A stretch of DNA of 58,045 bases from Deltaproteobacteria bacterium UBA5799 (lineage in GTDB: Bacteria; Desulfobacterota; GWC2-55-46): NCBI GenBank assembly GCA_002418185.1, contig DIDN01000010.1, forward strand, positions 1-58,045. The letters are read 5' to 3'. The position numbers were made by a program, and so were the translations under genes. The notes below the pieces were generated by a model. It searched no databases, was not told the DNA's origin, and saw only the letters and a program-made list of their open reading frames with translations. Below, piece after piece: positions 8,076-17,069 of the stretch. Positions within the stretch are counted from its first letter, which is position 1; each line of letters starts with the position of its first letter.

Positions 8076-10481
8076 TCAGACCACGGTTGCGGGGTCCATG
8101 TCTATGGAGAGAGTTGTCCTGCCTTTGCCGGCCTCGAACCGGGCCTTGAGGGCGCGGACCAGCGAATGGAGGGGGTTTATCTCCCTGCCTTTCAAAAGGA
8201 GCTGCCACCTGTGTCGGTTTTTTACCATCTGGACCAGGGCCGGGGCAGGCCCGAGCGCAAATATTTCAAACCGCTTGGCGGCGATTATCTTTTCTGCCGC
8301 TTCTTTTAAAGCGCCTGCCGCTCTTACCACCTCTCCTTCCTTCCCGCCCTCGAACCGGAGGACGCAGAGGCGGGTAAACGGAGGGTAGAGGAGCTCCCGG
8401 CGGTTCTCTATCTCCTCCCTGAAGAAGGACTCGTAGTCATGCGCCATTATGGCCCTGAAGCAGTAATGGCCCGGGTTCAGCGTCTGTATCAGCACGTGCC
8501 CGGGGTCGCTGCCCCTCCCCGCCCGCCCGGCGGCCTGGGTTATGAGCTGGAAGGTCCTTTCAGTTGACCTGAAGTCGGGGATGTTGAGGGAAGTATCCCC
8601 CGAGACGACGCCTACGAGCGTGACCCCGGGGAAGTGGTGCCCTTTCGAGGCCATCTGCGTGCCTATGAGTATATCGAGCCTTTTATCCTCCACGTCCTCG
8701 ATTATCCTCCGTGCGGCCCCCCTGGGCGCCGCCGTGTCCCGGTCCATCCTGCCTACGCGGGCCTTTGGCAGTATTTTCAGCACGTCTTCCTCGACCCTCT
8801 CGGTGCCCGCGCCGGTCGCTACAAGGTCTACGCCGGAGCAGTCCGGGCAAAGGGAGGGCGCCTGCATTGAGAGGTCGCAGTAATGGCAGACGAGTTTCCT
8901 TTTCCCCTTATGGAGAGTAAGGGGAACCGAGCAGTTCAGGCACTCGAAACGCTTCCCGCAGTCCCTGCAAATTATGGAGCTCCCGAAGCCGCGCCTGTTG
9001 AGGAAAAGCAGCGACTGCCTGCCCGAAGCCAGGGTCTCTGAAAGGAGCGACGAGAGCCTTTCGGAGACCACCTCCTTTTTCCCGCGCATGTCCTCCAGCT
9101 CCATGGTGGGGAGCGGCCTTGAATCAACCCTGTTACTTATTACGAGCGGGACGAGCTTCCCATTGCTTGCGTTATGGAAGGTCTCGACCGAAGGGGTGGC
9201 AGAGCCGAGTACCACGGTTATGCCGAGATGTTTTGCGAGCATCAGGGCCGAGTCCCTGGCGTTGTACCTTACCCCGTCCTCCTGCTTGTAAGAGGTCTCG
9301 TGCTCCTCGTCCACTATGACGAGGCCGAGGTCCTCAAGTGGCGTGAAAAGGGCCGAGCGCGCTCCGACAACGATATCGGCCCTGCCCTCGACCGCCTTTC
9401 GCCATTCATCCATCCTCTCGCCTTCGGAAAGGCCGCTGTGAGCGAGCGCAACCCTTCCGGGGAAAAGGGCGCTCAGGTAGGCGGCGGGCCAGGGGGTGAG
9501 GGCGATCTCTGGCGAGAGGATTATGGCCCTCTTCCCGGCTGCCACGGCCTTTTCAAGGCCCTTGAGATAGACGAGGGTCTTGCCGCTCCCGGTCACGCCG
9601 TGGAGGAGGAACGGGCTGTAGCCGCCCCGTTCAATCGCCTCTGATATCTTTCCGATAGCGGCCTTCTGCTCCCCGTTCGGCTCGAACGGGGCCTGCCTCG
9701 GGGTTATGGACGAGAAGGGGTCCCTGTGGACCTTGCGCTCCTCAACCGCGGCCATCCCCTTTGCCGCGAGCCTCCCAACAGCGTCCCTTGCGCCGCTCCC
9801 GAGTTCCTTTACTACCGTTCCAAGCGGAGCTTCGCCCCCGGTGTCGTGTAAGAAGGCCAGCACCTTTTTCTGGAGAGGGGCTTTTACGGCCCCCGTTCCT
9901 GCCGGGCCCAGGAGCTTCACGAACTTCTCGGTCTTTTTCGAGCCGCCGCCCTCGATAGTATCCTCCTCGATCAGGAGCCCCTTCCTTTTGAGCCGCATGA
10001 TTGCGCTATAGACTGGCCTGCCGCTGAACCTTTTTTTGAGGGAGGAGACGGAGACGCCCCTGGCCGCGGCATCGACGAGAGCCGACTCGAAAGGGCCCAG
10101 CCCGCCGACTTTTATTGCCCGGTCCGGCACGGCTATTACAAAACGGGAGCTTCTCAGGTTCGCCGCCCCTGGGTGTATGAGGGAGAGCACTTCGCCGAGG
10201 GGAGCGAAGTAATAGGAGGACATCCATTTGAAGAACCTGAGGCGCTTCTCGTCAAAGAGCGGAAACGCGTCCAGTATGTCCGAGATGGGCCTTATCTCCT
10301 TTATGCCGGGGGGAGGGGAGGCATGGAGGCCGAGTATATAGCCGGTTACGAGCCTTTTACCGAAAGGCACTAAGGCGCGCTTCCCGAGCCCGGCCTCGCC
10401 TTCAAGCTCCTCGGGGATACTGTACGTGAAAGTTGACTCAATAGGCAGCGCTACCGCTACCTCGGCAAATGGCTTTCGCAT
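8076..10481 (-). CDS. priA: Primosomal protein N' (replication restart helicase)
   Basis: GVTGSGKT, DEEH, LGSATPS, four CxxC pairs, QAAGRAGR. Confidence 0.96.
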   Translation of the reverse strand: MRKPFAEVAVALPIESTFTYSIPEELEGEAGLGKRALVPFGKRLVTGYILGLHASPPPGIKEIRPISDILDAFPLFDEKRLRFFKWMSSYYFAPLGEVLSLIHPGAANLRSSRFVIAVPDRAIKVGGLGPFESALVDAAARGVSVSSLKKRFSGRPVYSAIMRLKRKGLLIEEDTIEGGGSKKTEKFVKLLGPAGTGAVKAPLQKKVLAFLHDTGGEAPLGTVVKELGSGARDAVGRLAAKGMAAVEERKVHRDPFSSITPRQAPFEPNGEQKAAIGKISEAIERGGYSPFLLHGVTGSGKTLVYLKGLEKAVAAGKRAIILSPEIALTPWPAAYLSALFPGRVALAHSGLSEGERMDEWRKAVEGRADIVVGARSALFTPLEDLGLVIVDEEHETSYKQEDGVRYNARDSALMLAKHLGITVVLGSATPSVETFHNASNGKLVPLVISNRVDSRPLPTMELEDMRGKKEVVSERLSSLLSETLASGRQSLLFLNRRGFGSSIICRDCGKRFECLNCSVPLTLHKGKRKLVCHYCDLSMQAPSLCPDCSGVDLVATGAGTERVEEDVLKILPKARVGRMDRDTAAPRGAARRIIEDVEDKRLDILIGTQMASKGHHFPGVTLVGVVSGDTSLNIPDFRSTERTFQLITQAAGRAGRGSDPGHVLIQTLNPGHYCFRAIMAHDYESFFREEIENRRELLYPPFTRLCVLRFEGGKEGEVVRAAGALKEAAEKIIAAKRFEIFALGPAPALVQMVKNRHRWQLLLKGREINPLHSLVRALKARFEAGKGRTTLSIDMDPATVV

Positions 10482-10598
10482 GCGAGGGATTATAAACCGG
10501 GGAGAGCGGGGAAGGCGAGGTAAAACTATTCAGGCTGTCATTATGAGTCAGCGTGAATAAACTATGGGCAGAGCGAGTCCAAAAACTGAGAAATTCAT

Positions 10599-10619
10599 GG
10601 CGCGCTATGCGCGCCCTAC
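10599..10619 (-). repeat. GTAG-tagged REP palindrome, copy 1
   Basis: GTAGGGCGCGCATAGCGCGCC on minus strand; related copies at 20571 and 16989. Confidence 0.7.
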
Positions 10620-10652
10620 AAGGCGAAAACAAAAAACTGTATTGTTTGTCTC

Positions 10653-10822
10653 TCAAAACAACCCAGGGGCATAAGGCGTTGCGAGCATAGGGCTGGGGGA
10701 AGGGCGAGCGAGGCGAGGAAGCAGGAGCTCGGCCCTTTGGGCCGAGCGAGGAGGATGGAGGCGGAAAGCGAGTCGAGCCTTATGCCGAAAAATAGCGCGG
10801 CAGCGCGTTAAAGTTTTTTTTG
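10653..10822 (-). repeat. ~170-nt structured intergenic element, copy 1
   Basis: Same architecture as 20601-20769; outer stem GGCATAAGGC/GCCTTATGCC, inner hairpin GCTCGGCCC/GGGCCGAGC. Confidence 0.6.
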
Positions 10823-10840
10823 ACAAAGAGAACGCATGCC

Positions 10841-12247
10841 CTACTCCACCCACTCGCCGTGGGTGTCGTACTCGTGCGGGGCTTGGTCCTCGAACCTGGT
10901 GTACTCGTTCATGAAGGTGAGTTTCGCCACCCCGGTCGGGCCGTTCCTCTGCTTCTCCACCCGTATCTCCGCGCTCTTCCTTATGCCGCAGGTGCAGAGG
11001 TCCGCCGGGCACTCGCATTTCTTGTATACGCCCTCCCGGTAGACGAACATGACGACGTCCGCGTCCTGCTCGATCGCCCCGGATTCGCGGAGGTCTGAAA
11101 GCTGCGGCACGCTCCCTTCCCGCTGCTCGGCCCGCCTCGATAGCTGCGAGAGGGCCACTACCGGCACGTGCAGTTCCTTTGCGAGGGCCTTCAACGACCG
11201 GGATATGTCGGATATCTCCTGCTCGCGGCTGTCCGCGCCTTTCCTGCCGCGCATGAGCTGGAGGTAGTCGACCATTATGAGCTTCAAGCCGAACTCCTCT
11301 TTCCACCTCCGGGCCTTTGCCCTCATCTCGAGTACGGTCTGCGCTGGAGTGTCGTCTATGTAGATGGGCGCCTCGTAGAGCGCGCCCACGGCGGTCGTGA
11401 GCTTTCCCCAGTCCTCGTCCTTCAAAAAGCCGTTCCGGAGCTTCTGGAGGTCTATCCTGGCCCTTGATGCGAGCATCCTCTGGACGAGCTGCTCCTTGCT
11501 CATCTCGAGCGAAAAAACGGCCACAGGCGCGTTCGCGTCGATTGCCGCGTTCTCCGCGAGGTTCAGGGCGAAGGAGGTCTTGCCCATGCCCGGCCTTCCG
11601 GCTATGATTATAAGGTCGGAATCCTGGAGCCCTGCCGTGAGCTTGTCGAGTTCCCTGAAGCCGGTCGCAATGCCGGTAACGTGGCTCTTCCTCTCGTAGA
11701 GCTTCTCAATGGACTCGAACGCGCCTTTTATGAGGTCTTTAAGCGCGTAAAAGGACTTTCTGGCCCTGTCCTGGGATACCTGGAAGATCTTCTGCTCGGC
11801 CTGGTCCACGAAGTCGTCCGCGTTCTCGACCCCCTCGTAGCCCATCGTGGCGATCTCTGTCGCCGCGCCTATGAGCTTCCTGACCATGGCCTTGCCCTTC
11901 ACGATCCGGGCGTAGTACATGATGTTCGCGGCCGTGGGCGTCGTTTCGACCAGCTCGATTATGTATGGGAGCCCACCGATTGACGCGAGCTCGTCCGAGT
12001 CCTTGAAGAGGTCGGAGAGGGTCACTACGTCTATGGGGGTCGTCTTCTCGAAGAGCTTGACCATGCCCTTGAAGAGCCTGGCGTGCGCGTTGTGGTAGAA
12101 ATCCGAGCCGTCTGGGGAGAGGACTTCGAGGACCTTGTTTATGGAGTCCTTTTCAAGGAGTATGCCGCCGAGGACGGACTGCTCCGCCTCGATGTTGTGC
12201 GGCGGCACCCTGCGGGTGGAGATCTCTTTTGGGGCCTGGATAGCCAT
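10841..12247 (-). CDS. dnaB: Replicative DNA helicase
   Basis: PPHNIEAEQSVLG, AGRPGMGKT, VDYLQLM, LSDLRESGAIEQDAD, KQRNGP. Confidence 0.97.
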   Translation of the reverse strand: MAIQAPKEISTRRVPPHNIEAEQSVLGGILLEKDSINKVLEVLSPDGSDFYHNAHARLFKGMVKLFEKTTPIDVVTLSDLFKDSDELASIGGLPYIIELVETTPTAANIMYYARIVKGKAMVRKLIGAATEIATMGYEGVENADDFVDQAEQKIFQVSQDRARKSFYALKDLIKGAFESIEKLYERKSHVTGIATGFRELDKLTAGLQDSDLIIIAGRPGMGKTSFALNLAENAAIDANAPVAVFSLEMSKEQLVQRMLASRARIDLQKLRNGFLKDEDWGKLTTAVGALYEAPIYIDDTPAQTVLEMRAKARRWKEEFGLKLIMVDYLQLMRGRKGADSREQEISDISRSLKALAKELHVPVVALSQLSRRAEQREGSVPQLSDLRESGAIEQDADVVMFVYREGVYKKCECPADLCTCGIRKSAEIRVEKQRNGPTGVAKLTFMNEYTRFEDQAPHEYDTHGEWVE

Positions 12248-12253
12248 GAGGGG

Positions 12254-12283
12254 AAAAAGGGCCGCCGCCTTAGGCGGCGGCCC
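12254..12283 (-). terminator. Terminator-like hairpin between rplI and dnaB
   Basis: GGGCCGCCGCC-TAA-GGCGGCGGCCC then TTTTT on minus strand. Confidence 0.7.
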
Positions 12284-12294
12284 GCCTTGGAAGG

Positions 12295-12744
12295 TTATCC
12301 TTCTTCTTTAAGGACGCTGATCTTGATTTCCGCTGCAATGCCGGGAAGGAGCTTTATCTTTACCGCGTGCTCCCCGAGGCTCTTTATGGGCTCGTCGAGC
12401 GCGATGTCCTTTCTCTCGACCTCGAAGCCCTGCTCTTTAAGCCCCTCTTCGATATCGTGGACAGTGACCGAGCCGAAGAGCTTGTCTTCCTCGGAGGTCT
12501 TCCTTGTGAAGCTCAAGGAGACGGCGTCGAGCCTGGCCTTAAGCGCCTCGGCCTTCTCGCGCTTAGCCTGGAGCTTATGGAGGTGTGCGCCCTTCTCAGC
12601 CTCGAACTGCCTGAGATTGCTCCTGCTCGCCTCGGCAGCGATGCCCTGCGGTATCAGGTAGTTCCTCGCGTACCCCGGGGCCACCTTTACCACGTCGCCG
12701 AAGGCCCCGAGGTTCTCGATGTCTTTTTTCAGTATCACCCTCAT
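12295..12744 (-). CDS. rplI: 50S ribosomal protein L9
   Basis: MRVIL..NLG..GDVVKVAPGYARNYLIP, KLFGSVT. Confidence 0.97.
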   Translation of the reverse strand: MRVILKKDIENLGAFGDVVKVAPGYARNYLIPQGIAAEASRSNLRQFEAEKGAHLHKLQAKREKAEALKARLDAVSLSFTRKTSEEDKLFGSVTVHDIEEGLKEQGFEVERKDIALDEPIKSLGEHAVKIKLLPGIAAEIKISVLKEEG

Positions 12745-12755
12745 GACAGTAGCTC

Positions 12756-13055
12756 CTATATGCTGGTAGTCGTGAACGGCAGGATGGCGAGGTTCCTGGC
12801 CCTCTTGAGGGCGTTGCTGACCATCCGCTGGTGCTTGGCGCAGGTCCCTGATATCCTCCTCGGGACTATCCTTCCCTTTTCCGTCACGAACGGCCGGAGG
12901 GCCTTTGCGTCCTTGTAGTCTATCGTGAGGTTCTTGTCCTTGCAGAAGCGGCAGACCTTCTTCTTGTGGTAGGGCCTTCTGTCGGGGCGGCCTCCCCTCT
13001 CGGGCCTTCCGGGCCTTGCCGGCCTTTCCGGTCTCGCTGGTCTTTCGTTAGCCAT
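12756..13055 (-). CDS. rpsR: 30S ribosomal protein S18 (Zn-binding C+ form)
   Basis: [30 protein letters not shown]. Confidence 0.97.
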   Translation of the reverse strand: MANERPARPERPARPGRPERGGRPDRRPYHKKKVCRFCKDKNLTIDYKDAKALRPFVTEKGRIVPRRISGTCAKHQRMVSNALKRARNLAILPFTTTSI

Positions 13056-13422
13056 TTGCCTGACCTCCTTCAGCAGCCGCTCCTTCGGCAGGGGCTGCAG
13101 GAGCCTCTTCCGACGGCTTCTCCTCCGCTTTTTTGGCGGCGATGATCCTTACGGTCTGGTAGCGGAGCACGTCCTCGCTCAGTTTGAAGAGCCTTTCGAT
13201 CTCTTTGCTGGCTTCCGGCGAGCTCGTGTATTCGAGGACGAAATAGTAGCCCTCTCCCTTTTTCTGGATGGGATAGGCCAGCTTCCTCCTCCCCCACTCG
13301 TCGACCCTTGCTACGGTCCCGCCTGCGCCTTCGAGCGACGACGTGGCCTTCTGGATGATGCCTTTTATAGCATCCTCTGCAATGTCGGGCCGGACAATGC
13401 AGACTGTCTCGTACCTGTTCAT
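13048..13422 (-). CDS. rpsF: 30S ribosomal protein S6
   Basis: [25 protein letters not shown]; ATG 13422 after AAGGAGG. Confidence 0.97.
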   Translation of the reverse strand: MNRYETVCIVRPDIAEDAIKGIIQKATSSLEGAGGTVARVDEWGRRKLAYPIQKKGEGYYFVLEYTSSPEASKEIERLFKLSEDVLRYQTVRIIAAKKAEEKPSEEAPAAPAEGAAAEGGQANG

Positions 13423-13550
13423 GTTCCCTCCTTCTGGTCCCCCGCTCCCTCGAGCGGGTCTGTTCCCGTTTTTACGGGACAAGGTGGCGGTCGATATCGG
13501 CCGGCCCCTCGAACGGGGGGGGCCGGGTGCATAGCCCCTATGCACTCGTC
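13423..13550 (-). promoter_or_regulatory. Structured rpsF leader, candidate S6:S18 autoregulatory element
   Basis: Four hairpins; CCACCTT can pair with SD region AAGGAGG; possible promoter TTGCGC-17-TATAAA just upstream. Confidence 0.5.
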
Positions 13551-13591
13551 GAAACAAATTTTATACTATTTCAGCCGGGAATGCGCAAGTT

Positions 13592-14116
13592 TTATTTACG
13601 GGAGCCGGAGCGGCTCCGGGCAGGGTGCGCATGGCGGCTCCTCGCCCCGGAAAGCCGGGCATCCCTGCCGAAGAGCTCCTTGTGTTTAGCGAGGTAGTAG
13701 ACTACGGCTATGTTGATAACGAGGATAACCGTCCGGAAAATGGTGATTTCGTCCAATAATTCGTATACCTCGAAGGGGATGAATACGCCTGTGGTGAAGA
13801 CCGTAGTCCATTCGGCCCAGCGCTGCCTCAGGTACAGGCCCGCGCACTCGAAGAAGTTGAGGACGCCGAGAAAGAGGATGACCCCGACCATGAGCTTCAT
13901 CATCCCGCTCCCCATCATGCCTGCCCGGCCTATGACAGCGCCGATGAACCTGTTGTCCGCGTCGAGGTTCAGGTTCACGGCCATGACGGTCAGGGCCTCC
14001 TCGATGTCCGCCCCGAAGTGTTTATAGAGGCTCAAGCCCACGGCCACCTCGGCGGCCCCGAGGACGACCTTATAGACTATGATGAATTTTAGGAAACCGT
14101 CGCCCTTCTTTTTCAT
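13592..14116 (-). CDS. DUF2127-like membrane protein
   Basis: [30 protein letters not shown] pattern; ATGA overlap with hisF. Confidence 0.7.
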   Translation of the reverse strand: MKKKGDGFLKFIIVYKVVLGAAEVAVGLSLYKHFGADIEEALTVMAVNLNLDADNRFIGAVIGRAGMMGSGMMKLMVGVILFLGVLNFFECAGLYLRQRWAEWTTVFTTGVFIPFEVYELLDEITIFRTVILVINIAVVYYLAKHKELFGRDARLSGARSRHAHPARSRSGSRK

Positions 14117-14883
14117 CCCGTACCGGGCGGACGCACCCTTACGCCCTTCTTACCCAGGTATTCCTTTGTCTCGGGTATCGTGAAGACCCCGAAGTGGAAG
14201 ATGGAGGCAGCGAGCGCCGCGTCAGCGAGCCCGGCCTCGAACGCCTCGTACATGTGCTCAATGGTGCCCGCCCCGCCTGAGGCGATGACCGGTATGGAGG
14301 CGGCAAGCGATACGGCCCTGGTGAGCTCGATGTCGTAGCCGTCCTTGGTGCCGTCCCTGTCCATGCTCGTAAGGAGTATCTCGCCTGCGCCGAGGGACTC
14401 TACCTTCCGCGCCCATTCGACTACGTCGAGGCCGCGGGGCTTTCTGCCGCCGTGGGTGAAGACCTCCCAGCCGCCTCCACCCTTCCTCTTCGCGTCTATG
14501 GCGACGACTATGCACTGGCTGCCGAAGCGCTCGGACGCCCTCCTTACGAAATCGGGGTCCTCTACCGCGGTCGTGTTGATGGAGACCTTGTCCGTACCGG
14601 CGTGCAGGAGCTCCCTTATGTCGTCGAGCGTCCTTATGCCGCCGCCCACGGTAAGGGGCATGAAGACCTCGGAGGCCGTCTTCTCGACCACGTCCAGTAT
14701 GGTCTTCCTCTCCTCGTGCGAGGCCGTTATGTCGAGAAAGACGAGCTCGTCCGCGCCCTGCTCCTCGTAAGCCTTTGCCGACTCCACAGGGTCGCCGGCG
14801 TCACGTAGCTCAAGGAAGCTTACGCCCTTTACCACCCGGCCGTCCTTCACGTCCAGGCAGGGTATTATGCGTTTCGTGAGCAT
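14113..14883 (-). CDS. hisF: Imidazole glycerol phosphate synthase cyclase subunit
   Basis: [38 protein letters not shown]. Confidence 0.97.
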   Translation of the reverse strand: MLTKRIIPCLDVKDGRVVKGVSFLELRDAGDPVESAKAYEEQGADELVFLDITASHEERKTILDVVEKTASEVFMPLTVGGGIRTLDDIRELLHAGTDKVSINTTAVEDPDFVRRASERFGSQCIVVAIDAKRKGGGGWEVFTHGGRKPRGLDVVEWARKVESLGAGEILLTSMDRDGTKDGYDIELTRAVSLAASIPVIASGGAGTIEHMYEAFEAGLADAALAASIFHFGVFTIPETKEYLGKKGVRVRPPGTG

Positions 14884-14884
14884 C

Positions 14885-15607
14885 TCAAAGATTTCCAGCG
14901 GCCTTTACCGCCTCGCCGAGGTCGATCGCCCCGGAATAGAGCGCCTTGCCTATTATCATCCCCTCGAGGGGCACGCCCCTGTACGATTCGATATCAGCTA
15001 TTGACGATATGCCGCCGGACGCAACGACCGGTATGTCGACGCTTTCGGCTATCTCCCGGGTCGCCTCGACGTTCGGCCCGGCGAGCATCCCGTCCCTCGA
15101 TATGTCGGTATAGATGATGCAGGCCACCCCCGCGCCTTCGAGCTTCTTCGCGAACCCGGAGGCCCTCTCGTCGGTCACGGTGACCCAGCCCTTTATGGCC
15201 ACCCTGCCGTTCTTGGCGTCTATGCCGACAGCGACCCTCCCGGGGTACTTGCGGGCGAGCGTGTGGACGAGCGCCGGGTTCTCATATGCCGCGGTCCCGA
15301 TTATTATCCTCTTTACGCCGGGGATGGACACGTATGCCTCGGCGGTCTTCACGTCCCTTATGCCGCCGCCTATCTGCACGGGGATGTTGATATCGGAGAT
15401 TATCTTCTTTATGACCGGCAGGTTCCGGGCATTGCCCTCGACGGCGCCGTCAAGGTCGACGAGGTGTATGACCGATGCGCCCATTGACTCCCATTTTTTC
15501 GCCACCTCCCAGGGCTCGTCAGAGTAGACGGTCTCGTCCTCCATCCGGCCCTGGGTCAGGCGCACGCACCTGCCGTTCTTTATGTCTATTGCCGGGAATA
15601 TGGTCAA
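14885..15607 (-). CDS. hisA: ProFAR isomerase
   Basis: [34 protein letters not shown]. Confidence 0.97.
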   Translation of the reverse strand: MTIFPAIDIKNGRCVRLTQGRMEDETVYSDEPWEVAKKWESMGASVIHLVDLDGAVEGNARNLPVIKKIISDINIPVQIGGGIRDVKTAEAYVSIPGVKRIIIGTAAYENPALVHTLARKYPGRVAVGIDAKNGRVAIKGWVTVTDERASGFAKKLEGAGVACIIYTDISRDGMLAGPNVEATREIAESVDIPVVASGGISSIADIESYRGVPLEGMIIGKALYSGAIDLGEAVKAAGNL

Positions 15608-15618
15608 CTCCTGCCTCC

Positions 15619-16227
15619 TTAGCGAAGCCTGCTGAAATTCTTCAGCACCCTCAAGCCGGCCTTCTGGCTCTTCTCCGGGTGGAACTGGCAGGCCATGACG
15701 TTGTCCTTCTCTATGGCGCTCGTGAACTCCACGCCGTAGCCGGTTGTCGTCAGGTCAACGGACCTGTCATCCGGAGAGGCGTAGTACGAGTGCACGAAAT
15801 AGAAGAAGGCGTTGTCCTCTATGCCTTCGAGCAGGGGCGAGTCCTTCCTTTTTTCCGCCTCGTTCCATCCCATGTGCGGGACCTTGAGCCCCGGCGTGCC
15901 GGGAAAGCGCACCACCCGGCCCTTTATGACGCCGAGGCCTTTATGAAGGCCGAACTCCTCCGACTCCTCGAAGAGGAGCTGGAGTCCCAGGCATATGCCC
16001 AGGAAGGGCTTACCCTTCTCTATGGACCTCATGATGGGCCCCACGAGCCCGTACTCCTCCAGGTTCCTCATGCAGTCCTTGAACGCTCCGACGCCCGGGA
16101 GGACCACATGGCTCGCGTCCGTTATGGCGCGGCCGTCCCTGGTGACGAGCGCCTCGGCGCCGACCCTCTCGAAGCCCTTGGACACGCTCCGGAGGTTCCC
16201 CATGTCGTAATCTATAATCGCTATCAT
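15619..16227 (-). CDS. hisH: IGP synthase glutaminase subunit
   Basis: DYDMGNLRSV, LPGVGAF, GICLG, QFHPEKS. Confidence 0.97.
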   Translation of the reverse strand: MIAIIDYDMGNLRSVSKGFERVGAEALVTRDGRAITDASHVVLPGVGAFKDCMRNLEEYGLVGPIMRSIEKGKPFLGICLGLQLLFEESEEFGLHKGLGVIKGRVVRFPGTPGLKVPHMGWNEAEKRKDSPLLEGIEDNAFFYFVHSYYASPDDRSVDLTTTGYGVEFTSAIEKDNVMACQFHPEKSQKAGLRVLKNFSRLR

Positions 16228-16263
16228 AGCCGAATCTGTTATAGGAACGCGGAAGGCCGCCCC

Positions 16264-16890
16264 TCAGAGCCTGCCCTTTGTTGAGAGCACTCCCTTAATC
16301 CTGGGGTCGAGGGCTGCTGCCGCGCCGAGCGCCCTCCCGAGGGCCTTGTACACGGACTCGATGGCGTGGTGGATGTCCTCCCCGTAATGGAGGGTTATGT
16401 GGAGGTCGAGCCCGCCGCTGTTCGAGAGGGCCTTCATGAACTCCTTCATGAGCCCCATGTCGAAAGTCTTCTCGACTGTATTCCCACTTACGGACGAGTA
16501 GACCTGGCCGACCGCGAAAGAGGCTTTCGTCTGGTTGAACTTGAAGTACGGCCTGTTGCTTGCGTCCAGCACCACGGTCGAGAGCGAGTCCATCATGGGC
16601 ACGGTCGCCGAGGCGCACCTTTTTATGCCGGCGTTCTTCCCAAGCGCCTTCTTTACGGCTTCTCCGAGGGTTATTCCGACGTCCTCGACCGTGTGGTGGA
16701 AATCCACCTCGATATCGCCTTTCGCCCTGACCTTGAGGTCGAAGAGGCCGTGCCTCGCCATGTTCGAGAGCATGTGGTCGAAGAACGGGAGCGGGGTCTT
16801 TACGTCCGCCTTTCCCGAGCCGTCAAGGTCCACCTCGACTGTTATGTCGGTCTCTTTCGTCTTCCTTGCGATCTTCGCCTTGCGGGCCAT
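16264..16890 (-). CDS. hisB: Imidazoleglycerol-phosphate dehydratase
   Basis: RKTKETDI, FFDHML, DFHHTVED, HHAIES, STKG. Confidence 0.96.
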   Translation of the reverse strand: MARKAKIARKTKETDITVEVDLDGSGKADVKTPLPFFDHMLSNMARHGLFDLKVRAKGDIEVDFHHTVEDVGITLGEAVKKALGKNAGIKRCASATVPMMDSLSTVVLDASNRPYFKFNQTKASFAVGQVYSSVSGNTVEKTFDMGLMKEFMKALSNSGGLDLHITLHYGEDIHHAIESVYKALGRALGAAAALDPRIKGVLSTKGRL

Positions 16891-16944
16891 GGAAATCTCC
16901 GATTTTGTTAGGTGCTCCGGTCAAGGCCGATGCACGGCAAGCTT

Positions 16945-17048
16945 TGTCCCCCTCTTTTCTAAAGAGGGGTCGGGGGAGATTATCTTATATGGTGCGCTAT
17001 GCGCGCCATTATAAATCCCCCTATGTCCCCCTTTGGAAAAGGGGGACA
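16945..17048. repeat. Inverted REP doublet with nested GTAG-REP core
   Basis: CCCCTCTTTTCTAAAGAGGGG..GGGGGAGATT and AATCCCCCT..CCCCCTTTGGAAAAGGGGG flank ATGGTGCGCTATGCGCGCCAT (16989-17009). Confidence 0.7.
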
Positions 17049-17069
17049 GTCATCCAGCTTCAGCCGGAC

